Positions 37,001-49,000 of a DNA stretch of 64,000 nucleotides are shown here, piece after piece. The stretch's first letter is position 1; every line of letters starts with the position of its first letter. This stretch comes from Vicugna vicugna (taxonomy: Eukaryota), in contig PNXW01004639.1 in assembly GCA_013265495.1 (NCBI GenBank), positions 186,001 through 250,000 of the forward strand, in the 5' to 3' direction. Below the pieces are notes generated by a model. It searched no databases, was not told the origin of the DNA, and saw only the letters and a program-made list of their open reading frames with translations. The position numbers were made by a program, and so were the translations under genes.

Positions 37001-40000
37001 CTTTTTTACAGGGTAAGAGCAAAAAAATTTTTTTTCAACTATGTGAAATGTCAATTATTTCCCTTTGATTGCACCAAAAATGTGAAGGCTGTATGTAGCC
37101 ATCTAGTGGTAAGAGCGTAGAGGTACAAGAAGGGAGAGTGACGCGGGCATAATTAACATCTTGAAATTTGGGGTCATAGGTCAGCCCAAACTTGTCTAAC
37201 TATAATTATATTAGATTATCTATATCAAGTTGGGGAGCAGCTATATTAACTGTTACTTAGACTCTTGTTCTATTTTTGGACGTGTGAAATTAAAATACAG
37301 AAAGCCTAGAGGCAGAGACTTAATAGATGAATTTGGAGTAAATAGACTTCACTTCAATCAGAATTTGCCACGTACCACCTCTGTTGTTAATGTTATTTAG
37401 GTAACTTAATGTAGGTTTAGTTTCTTCATCTGTGAAATGGGATGATAATATTTCTCTACCTACCACAGAGGCTGTTTTGAGAATATGTCCTTACTAAACT
37501 GTAAATTTTGAACGTTGTATATATGCATATACACATACATATATGTGCAATAGACACAGTTTATCTTTAAACCAAGTATCATAAATGTCTTTTTTTCTTT
37601 ACAGTCCATTTTCTTTATCAAAATGTTTATTTTTACTGTCAGAAAGTCTGGCATTGTAAGACTCTTCATTAATTGGCCTAAACTGTTAATGAGCCTCTTG
37701 GTTTACATAGCAGCCCTGAGTATCTGTAGCTGTTCCGGTGTTACACGTGCGCACCTGTTCTCCCAGACTTCTGCTCATTTTCTGCCCAGGTTGTTAGCCA
37801 TTTCAATACTTTGCTTAAATCAATATCAGTTTTTTATGTAATTTTCAGCTTATATATGGCAAGCCATGTTTCTGGGCTTTTAAATTTTCACACTGCTGAT
37901 ATAAATCCCAAACATTCTCTTTGTAGGAGCTTTACATGTAGGTGAGCAGAGTGGAGCTGTGACAGAGGATATCCATGTCTTTTGAAACAGAACTTATACC
38001 AGAATGGAGCATGCTCTCTGCTAGAATGGCATTCGAATTTTCCTTTTTCAGTGAATCTGTAAAGATTAAAAACAAAACACCATCCCTTTTCAGTTCAACA
38101 AAGAAGACAATCTTGTTAAGTTTTCCCCCTAGAAATAAATTTTTTCGCTCTTGAAACAAAGTGAGCAGCTTCAGTGTTCTAAAAATAATCAGATTTAAAG
38201 ATAATCTAGTCTTTTCCTCATAACCACATAATTATGTCTAATTATAAAAACCTTAAAAGCATGAAAGACATTTTAAATTATAGAACGTTCATATCCCATT
38301 TAGATAAGAGGGTAAAGTCATGGAAAGAACAATTTTGAATACTAATAAGTTATAAAATAATGACTTAATTATTTCACCCAAATCTTATTTGACAAATATT
38401 GCTAAATCTTGTCAATACCATTTTCTCAGATGAGAGAAAAGATTATGCGAACATATGTAGAAACATATGTAAATTTTTAACAAATCATTTTCAGAAATGA
38501 CTTTCAGGAATATAACTTTGGCTCGTGAACAGCGTTTTGTAGATAACATTATAATGTTGTTTGTTTTCAGTGCCGTAAAGCTGGATCTGCTATCTCCAAA
38601 CACTATAAGGTTTACAAGCGTCCTAATTGTGGTCAGTGCTGCAGTAGAATAACTGTGTGTCGCTTAGGGGAGAATAACAGAATGACATATTTCTGTCCTC
38701 ACTGTCAGAAAGAAGATCCTCAACACGTTGACATATGGTGAGAAATCTAAAGTATCTGTTTGCCCCACTTCTCTAAATAAAAAGCTATTAATAAGAGAAC
38801 ATAACTGAATAACTATCAGGCTGTTCAGAGCAGAACATCACTCACAAGTCTTTGAACCCTCGGAAGGAAACAGTAAATGGTATCGCCCCAAAACCAGAAT
38901 GAGCTGAAGATGATTGATGGACCTCTCCTAAACTCAGTAGAAAATCTCTTTAAGGTTAATATCCAGGCTTTCGCTTTAATCTCATTTGTAAAGTGATTAC
39001 CAGGAGGGGTAGTTTAGTCAATAATTGGAAAAATGCAACCAACTTCAAAACTGATTGCTTTATTTAGAAATAATATTATAAAACATAAGCAAGCTCTCTT
39101 TACAGAATTCATGCCGTGTTGGGGAAACAACCGACTACTTATTAAACCTGTACGTGGTGACTGAGCCAGTGGCTGAGTAAATCTATTCCCACTGTGCATT
39201 CCAGAGCTGGGGAAGTAACCACAGGATGGGTTCAGGGACCCCCTGGGAGATGAACTTGAGCTGAAACCCCCACCGATCACCAGACCTCCACAAGCCGAAG
39301 CCTGACTGATAGAGACTGAATCTCCCGGAATTACTGTCAGTTAATAACCAGTGTCTAGTAGTCCCCAAAGGTTTGATGATCTCCTTGTCCCCAGTGTGCA
39401 CTTACCCTGGTAAGAGGCCATAGGTCCCTTTGGGGAAGGCTGAGCAAAATATTAACAATATAAAGGAGCCAGTCCTCCATTTGTGGCCGCGTGACTCCAG
39501 TCTCTGCCTCTGGTTACACTGCTTTCTCACCTTCTGTGTGTGTCAGATCTCCCTCTGCCTCTCTCTTACAAGCACACTTGTATCTGGATTAAGAGATCAC
39601 CCAGGGATCGCCCCATGTCGAGATCCCTAATTCAGTCTACAGAGATCCTCTTTTTTTATAAAGTGTCATTTACAGTTTCCTGGTATTGTGACCTGTTGTC
39701 TTTGGGATGCTGTTATCCTGCCTTCTAAAGACGTGTTAAGTTTGAGACACCTACTACACATCCAAGAGGAAATTGGAAAGAATTTGTTAGTAGGTGGTGA
39801 AGAAATGGAGCAGTAGGGGAAAAAAAATGCTTCCAAAGCTGCTATATGTAACAATCAATATCCCCTTGTGGTTAACGAAGTTTATAGGATAGAAGACAAG
39901 AGTGGTGAAAGGTTGGAGCACACTGAAAATCCAAAGGTGATTTAAATTGCGTTTACTTAATTATGAATAAATGCATGATGCTGGCTCTCAGAGTAAGTGA

Positions 40001-43000
40001 GTGGAGGGCAAGGATTAGGTCAAGTAAACAAATTCTACACGAGGGCTGGGGCTCCATGGAAATAAGAAGTCACGAGTGGCATTAGAAGTCAAGGTAAGTA
40101 AAAATGAAAGAACCATAATGAGATGTCTTACTTTCACAGTTTCTTACGCTGTTGATGATTTTACCAGACAAGGCTGAATTTAAAACCTGGTATAATTATA
40201 CGTAAGGAGCAAAATGTTACGACAAGGCTACCTTTGAAAGTCAAAGAACTCATGTTCTGAAATGTAAGATACAAAAGCCTTTACCGAAGGAGCTTTCTTC
40301 AGTGTCAGTGTTTGGAATCATGAAAGGAACCCACAACACTGTTGTCGGGGCTTAACCACGCGATGTGCTCTGCAGACCCAAAGCCGCGTATTGAGGAGCG
40401 GGACCAAATCAGGGCTTTAGAAAGGCATTTCGTGTAACAACAAAGAGCCAATTAAGAATTCCAGGTAGAGACTCCTGATTTATGGTTGTGGCCAAAAATC
40501 AGGGTCCATTTTATGGTTTGCTTACTAACCTATTAATTAGACATCCAACATGAAGCAGTTTTATCTGGAGGGAAGTAACACAAGTGTAGATATCTTTTTT
40601 CATCATTACAGATTATAGATCAACTAATTAAAACAGTGCCTAGTAGGTATTGTGGAGAAATTCTAGAAGCACACGAAGTCAATGTAAAACTTTCCTCATG
40701 TTTACTTTCAGTGCTCTAATTTCTGTATAACTTTCTTCCTCCCTAATTTGGTTGAATAAAGATATTTTAGATTTGACTGGGAAGAGTCCCACTTACTGAA
40801 AACATTAGTTGAGAAAATGTTCCCTAGCAGCTATATCAAATATTTTTAGTTGGTTTTAAAAAGAAAAAAACCACAATTCTTTGACTCTCAATTAAATCTT
40901 TTGTTATTTCTGTCTTTAACAGCAATCAGCAGAGCCCAAGTGAAAACATTTTATTCCAAGTTAGATAGAACTTCTAAGCCATAGGAAACATGTTGTGTTT
41001 GGGTATGAAGGGTTCTGAAATTGTTTCTAAAATAAACCCAGAATGTATAAGAACAAGACAAGAATAAAAGTGTTAATGATTACCTTTAAAAATTCTTTTA
41101 TAGCACGCTGCCAACTAGAAACACTACAGTCAATTGGACATTTAGCAGAGGGGATCCCCTCATGGACTGTGTGGCTCGGAAGTCTGAAGAACAATGGACG
41201 TGTGAGGTCTGTACGCTAATAAATAAGCCGTCTTCTGAGGCATGTGATGCTTGCCTGGCTTCGAGGCATGCTGGTAAGACTATTGATTTTGAGTTCATTT
41301 CATTTCAAAGAGGGTTAATCGTATAGTCAAGTATCTATCTTGTTCCATCTTGATATTTCATAACTAAATGAAATGCTTTCTTTCTGAAAGGTTTAAACGA
41401 ATTGCCAGCCTTTGCATGTAAACCATGCTAATAATTCTGTTGAGCACTTTTTTTTTAACAGAGAGAGAAAACATGCTTGTGCTAAAAGAGTGTGTGCCTT
41501 TGTATCTCAAAAAACTGAGATGATCACATCTGTTCTCTGTTTCTAATGAATTATTCAATAAAGCTTTGTTTTATGCAGATTTCAGCAACTTTTGAGTTTG
41601 TTATTCAGTCCAAGTGTTTCATAAATTGAAAGGGAGGATTTCTGTAAGAATATCTCTGCAGGTGGAATAGAAAAATGCTGAATTCTTTCTCTTCTTTATC
41701 CCTCCTACCCCTTGTTATTAAAATCTTTACCCAGACAATTGTACTGATTTCATTGAAATCCTTCAAAATAACTCTTTATAGCTCACAATTTCACGCGTTC
41801 AGAGAATGCAAAACCTCAGAGGAAACCTGTGATTAAGAACTGTCCCATTGATGTGGCTTCCATTGTGTTCGCAAAGTGTTCCTTCTTTCTTCAATTAGAG
41901 AGGAGAAAGTCGCTCCTTGACTTCTGGACCCCGCATTGTGTGAGCTGTCATATTGTGTTTTGTTCTCTGGGCCAGAAGGGTGGGCATCACCCCGGTACAG
42001 CTTTGCTGGTAGCGGAAGGGACTGTGTCTCCTATTTCTGTCCCTCCCTCTTCAGTCTCATTCAACAGGGAGCCCTCAGAAAGCCACAATCTTAGATGTCC
42101 ACATTTATGTAGACATTGTGAAATGCCTTTACACATCTCCTTAATATTTTCTCGTCATTTTTTCTGAGGATGAAAGGCATATATCTTAGCTGCAATTTAG
42201 AATAAATCACAGTACAGATTCCAAAAGCCTAGGATGCTTTGTTGAAACACATGTAATAAATGTTAAGTCTCTGTGATTCATCTTTACTTATTTCTGATAA
42301 GCCTTTCATCGGTTCTCGTCATTCACAGAACCATTCCTGATCATCTAGTTACAGGCTCTTAACTGCTGATCTGTGTCACTTCGTAATTACCACTGCCTTA
42401 ATATTTGGCCCATTACAAAACTGACACCTGAATAATCTTTAAATGCTTGAACGTAATACAAAGCAAATACAAATCTTTGTTAAACCCACCTCTGAGTCCC
42501 AGTAAGTTGTTGAAAATTTGCACTTTATAGAATACTTTATTTCCTAATCAGAAGATGGTTAATTCTGAATTGCCCCAGCTTACTTTGCGTTATTAGTTCC
42601 GTACATTAGGCCACTGTAATCTATGAACTAAATGTTTTAATCAAATGAAAAGATGCTTCAAATCGTCAATACATTATGTGTAAGGAAATACTGCAGAATT
42701 ACTGGTCTCTTTCCAGATTCAGTACTCAAGAATGAAGAGAATCCTACGGCCTTGAACTACTTAGTCAAATACCCTTGTAATCGTTTTGGAAAACCGAGTA
42801 TAGAAGTGAAGATCAACAGGAGAACTGCATTTGGAACCACAACCCTTGTCTTGACTGATTTCAGCAATATGTCCAGAGCTTTGGGAAAAGAAGAAAGCCA
42901 AAACCAGACACCAGCTGGGGAATTTCCAGAATCTCCTCCTGCTGTTTGTTTCAGTGACACACCGCCCCACTCCAAGGAGAGAACGAACTATAAAACTCAA

Positions 43001-46000
43001 CTGTCTAACGCAGTCAACCTGTCACCGACGGTCTGCTCTCAGTCTCAGTTATTTAGTCCAGCAAATAAAAAAATGAAAACAACCCAGTCCTCATCACCAG
43101 ACCACAAAAGGTGCAACCCTGGGTTTTCTATCAGGTATGAGGCTTCCAACCTTGATTTTGGGAAGATACTTGCGTCTAAGTTTTAAGAATGCAGAAAAAT
43201 CATCCCTTGCTAAAGAAGCTGAGTTGATTTTGGAAATGTAAATCAAACCTGGAAGGACTACTGCAGTAATTTGTGTCCCTTGCCTCCTCCAGCTTTTAGT
43301 GTTAGAGAAGGGAAGGGAATGAAAAAGGATTTCCTACACCTGTAAAAAGTTGGGGTCTTTTCTGACTGTAACCATATACACGCTTAATACATAATGTTGG
43401 GAACATATTGAAAAGTATAAAGAAAAATGATTAAATCCCCCATAATCTTACTGGTTATCAGTCTCCACTGCTAGCAGTTTTAAGTTAGTTCTTCTATGAA
43501 AGATATTTCTTCTGAAAGGGAAACTGTCATTCATAGCAGTTTAGTAAATGTCTTCTGTTCTACAGAAAGGGATCTGAGATCCTTGTAGTGACACTTCTGC
43601 TAAAGAAAGTGGCTCTATTTCAGACAGCTAAGGGGGATGGTGGCCATTGTTTCAAACCAAAAAGGAAAAGAGCATGTGTACATCTTTCAGATCTGAAATT
43701 TTAAAATTATAATTCCAATTGCTGAATACTACCAGACCAGATATGTTTTATGGGACTACCAGCTACACGTTCAGGTGAAGACCCTTAATTACTGTCTCTA
43801 GGGATACAGACATTGTAATAAGCAATGTCATCCTTGTTCCTTAATGGTTACTAGCAGCTCCTGGAACTCTGTCGGTAATTCTCCCCAACCTTGTTCAGTC
43901 CCTTGGTCCTCTCACACCTGACAGCATGCCTCCACCAGGGAGAGACTTCACTCCGCAATTGTCTTGTCCTTCAGGAAACAGGCGCTGTATATCCAGCATC
44001 TCTGAATGAAGGGAAGGTGAGGAGTCGTCTTCCCCTGTGTCTTCTCTTGCCAGTGGGATACAGAGGAAGACTTACTGGGAAGGGATCTGAAGTAATCTCA
44101 CTAGGGATTCTGATTTCTGGCTTCGCCTCTGATGAGCTATGTCTTTGCTGATGGAAAGAGTCTCCTTTGGGCAGCGAGGTGAGGGACCACTGGTGTACAT
44201 GCCTGGACCAGCTTCTGAGAATCCTCAAAGCTTATTTCCTAACAGTTCAGAGATAGTTTTTGGTCAGTGGATGTTTTCATCCCATGTTTCCCATCCGAAA
44301 TTTAAATTTACCATTAATTAATCTTAATGATTTATCCTTGATTTTTTAAAAAAATGTGTTCATAATCATTTATAATAACTGGTTTGACTTTTGTTCACAA
44401 TACGTATAAATGATGGGTATCTGAATGTAAGCTATGGGGGGTGGGGCAAACTTTTAACTGCCTGGGTCAGTATACTGCCTTTTCACTTTAACCCAAATTA
44501 ATGTCTCATGATGCAAGTTCATGAAGGAGCTAGTTGAGACTGTCTGAGTGGGGAGGCCATCCTGTAGGAAAATCATTTTTGAACAGCCTTTTCTGTTGTG
44601 TAGCTTAAGTGGAAAGACACAGATGTGATCAGTTAAAAATATTGTGGCTTTCGTTGTGCTCCGATGAAGTATCTTGGCATATTTTTATTTCCTTAGTGCT
44701 TTGTAGAAAATCTCAGGCAATTTAACTAATGAATTAGGGATTTAAAAAAACATTAACGTAACCTTAAATTTAAATGATTTCCTCATAAGCAATTAGTAAT
44801 AGGGTCATATGATTAATCACAGCACACAGCATTACTTAGGAACGCTGCCGTGTGTGTATGTGTTGAATATAAGAACCCCAGGACTGAGACTCTAAAATCA
44901 ATCAAGATCAACTAGCAGAATAAATGTCAAGTGATGAAATACATTCACCCAGCAGCCCTTCTGCACCCAGCTACTTTACAAGGAATAAATTGCAAATTAC
45001 TGTCATTTATTTCATTTTTCTCCTTGTCTGGCAGCTACAGCGTTCATCTTGTGGACAGGATGCCACGCAGAAGCTCACAACATAATACGATTAAAGCAGG
45101 TGGTCCACTCAGAGAATTTAGAGCCAGTTCATTTTTTTCTTTAATAATTATATGGTAATTAATTTGCCTTTTGTTCTCTTAATTACTGATCTCATCACTG
45201 CATGATACGTGCCATGTTGATGAGGCATATTTTCAGATTGGTCTTTAGATATACTTGAATTTTACCCAGCTACTGGATTATAAATTATATAGTCGAACCC
45301 ATTTTTAAGCAGTTAAGAATGACTGTTAGACACAGTACTAAATCTTTGATCCAATTATTGTAAATACAGAGCAAAACACAGTGACACCTTTTCAAAGAAT
45401 GCAGCGTGTGTTTTTAGGTTGAAGTTTTTTCTGAGCTGACGCGAAGGCTTATGTAGATGAGTGAAATGAAAAGAGCAAAATCACTAACAGTTTCTTGGGT
45501 CTGCTGCCGTCAGGGTTGCCAAATTCCCCCTCTAATCCAGTCAAGTACTGATACCTCATACACGGTTTTGGGCCATCTTTTGGTTTTCAGTCCCCAAAGG
45601 GTGTCAGAACCACCTGGGACCATCCAGGATGAGTCATTTAACCTCTGTTTGTTGGAATCCTTGAAGTAACTGCTGAACTACAAAATCTGCATTCAATGAG
45701 ACTGATTAGTTCCAAAAAATTTTAGACAGTGTTTTTTTTTATAATGAATCACCCCATCTGTAAAATAAGTTAAACCATGATAAATTGATCAGTGAAAAAA
45801 TAATATCCGTTTTAAAATGACAAACCTGGGCTTAGTAATCTTGATAATTTTATCTCATCTTTGTTCAGTGTTATTGGAACAATGTTTATTGAACATGTTC
45901 AGTGTTTATTAGCATTTATTGAGAGCCCATTATCCATTAAGCACTGGTCTTGGTTCTCATGACCTCTTGAAGTTAAAGTTTTAATACTGCCTCTTTGGGG

Positions 46001-49000
46001 GCGGAGGGTGTGCTGGTAAGATGAAGGGGGTATGGAAAAGAGAAATCTGCTGCCCCTCACCTTCCCCGTGATGCTAAAATGTAAGCCACCACCTCCACCA
46101 TGAAAAAGGTACCCACAGAATACCTGCTGGAGAAATATTTAATTGTAATTATTTCCTCAGTAATGCCCCCAGCTGCTTTCATCCACAAACACCTGCGGCA
46201 CAAACAGCCTTAGAAACTGCCCTCGGCGTGAGTGAGTCCACCCCAGACATCAGGGTGTTTGGGTCCATTTAAAGCAACATATTTAAGCTTCTGCTTTATA
46301 AATGAGTGTAAAACAGTTTCATCACGAAAGAGCTCATGTATGTCAATTACATCTCAGTAAAACCGGGGAAAAAAGATCTGACATTCTGAACGTTTCAATT
46401 AGATAGGGTGCCCCGAGGCATCACTATAGAAACAAGTATGTGAAGAATGACATTTAGGAAGGAAGGAATTTACAAGTATCTTTTAAAAAATCACTTAAGA
46501 ATCATACTTTGTTCTTTAGAAATAAACCCAAAAAAAAGAAAGTAAGAAATTTTTTATCGTTAAAAAGTGTAAAACTAGGGCTCTTAAGTGGAAGGACTTC
46601 TTGTAATTAATAAGAGCTCTTTTCCTCTTCAGTTAGTTTATTTTTTAAAAAACTATTATACAAGCATTGAAAAATGCAAAATATAAAAAAAATTAAAATA
46701 ATCATGAAGTTCCTTTTCAAAGAGAAAACTTCACGTGTGCAGTTACAGGGGAAGGCCGGCCTCTGGGCCTTATGCACAGTGTGCAGGACTAAACCCCCAG
46801 ACACTCATGATCCTCACGGTGGGGGAGGATGAAGCTTCCTCACTTGCTTGAAAAATATACGTTTCTGCCCTGCCAGGCAGCTGAAATATGATTGCAGCTT
46901 TTGCAGTAGCCTTGATCAAAGAAAAGCATAGAAACTTGTCTTTAAGGTGGTCAGGAGAGAAGAGTGATCCTTTTGGCCTTGTCAGAGCCATTGATGAGAG
47001 TTCGCTACCGATGAGAAAATAATTAGAGAAGATTGTGACTCTAGTTACTTTGGGGGTCAAGGGGTACTGGGACTTGAGAATATTTTAGGGGAAATAAAAT
47101 GGCCACACTGTCAGGCTACTGAGTAAGAAAAGAACCAAATATCACAGATGAAAACTGTGGATGGACTGGATGTGCCAGTCAGCTGTTTCTGTTCTTGAGG
47201 CGTTTAAATTCCTTGCCTAATGTAGATTAGATTTAACTTAGGTAACTAGGTAGCGTTGGGAGTGAGTTAGAATTACCTGGGAAAACCGAGCATTCAAAAG
47301 AAGCAAGAGTGGGTGTAATTGTGCAAAGCTGGCCGTGGGCCACTTCGTGGTCTGCTTTCTTTGGTCAGGCAGGGTTCCCACGTGGGGTGAGGTGCTGGAG
47401 ATGACCCCTTTTGGCACTGCCATGCTGCAGTTATCTTGTAACTTGTCATTACAGCGAACTTCAAGTTCACGTGACAGATGGTCCAAGTACATCCAATGCT
47501 GGCCAACCTCGCTGCCGTGGGCACGGCCGCCCCTGCGTCCTCCGAGTGGTGAGGAAGGATGGAGAAAACAAGGGCAGGCACTTCTATGCGTGTCCTCTAC
47601 CTAGAGAAGCGCAGTGTGGATTTTTTGAAGTACGTGTATCCTTTACCAAGCTTAACGCTAGTGTCCCTGAATACTTCTGTTATTAAAATGTAACGAATAG
47701 CCATCTGTTTCCGGTTTTACCTTTAAATTTAAAAGCCATATTGACATGCAGTCTAAACCCTGAATGTTGAATAACTTAAAAGAGTTTCATCACAAAAAGA
47801 AAAATAAATCAAATGATAGCTATTTGATTATTCGAGTATGTCATATGTGTAACCACAAGCATGGAAGTGTTGCCCCTTGGTTTATAAAGACAGAGAGGTG
47901 TTGAGCCACTTACCCAGGTGGCTGATAATCCAAACTGACTCTTCCTAACTTCAGCATTACATCAGAACCTTGAGTTTATACATTTGATGGAGGTACCTGG
48001 GAAAAATCCCCTACATGCCTTGGATTTACAATAAGTTTAGCGAATCCTACTGTGCAAGCTTAACCTAAAAAAGTGATGCACAGTAACAATTTAGAGCTGG
48101 GTCATTCTCTACACCTTTCAATTTATGCGTGTGTCCCTAGCAATGAACGTGTGACCAGAGACAGGAGTCTGAAGCCCTTTCAGTCAGATCTCACTTACTG
48201 CGTCCTCAGTGTGAGCCTGAGGTTCCAAGATAACACATTTTCCCAACTGCTTCATTTGGTGTGTAACTGGAAAAAGAAAATATTGATCTGTTTCAGTGCT
48301 GGAGCAGAAGTTTTCTGGCTGGGTTTATTGAGAGTGAAGTTACGTGTCTTCAGTGTGGCACCTTCCCGAGGAATTTCCCAGGGAAAGTTTGGTAATGATT
48401 TTAGAACTTAACCCCTGCCCAGGAGGGGGCCCCATCCTTCTCAACTTACTGATTCCCCGCACTCCACCCCCAGAAGCTTGTATACATGTCATGGAGGAAA
48501 CAGCAATATTCATGGTATCACAGCCCTCTTGGTAGCTCTCATTAGGCCAAAATTAATGAGGATAAGAATAATACAACAATGGAATCTGCCTGGAATCTGT
48601 CCAGGTAATTCTGTTTTGGATTCTTTATTTTCCCAGGAGACTAAAGAAGTTTAGTTTTAAAATCGTAACAAATCTTTGGTCTTACTTAATAGCTTTAGCT
48701 CAACCAGACCTCTAGCAGGAACGCTGTTGATTTGCTTTACAGCAAGATCCTGGTAGTTTTCAACTATTTTCAATAAAGTGGAGGAACTTCTGTAAATATG
48801 CCTTTAGACAGAAACTCGGAATTATGACAACTTTCTGTGCGATTCAAGCAGATTTGTTAGATGCTTCCTACAGGATATAAGGTTTTTAAAGGGCAACAGT
48901 GAACGATGATGTGTGTTTTGTTTTACAGTGTCAAAGACCAGCAACAGCAGCAAAGACACTGGCGCTAGTCATACATGTCTAGGCTTAGCCTGTGCCTTAT

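Noticed and set aside
47238..47604. Antisense and alternative-frame ORFs over exon 9, and similar ones over exons 7, 8 and 10
   Set aside because: Shadows of real NEIL3 coding exons.
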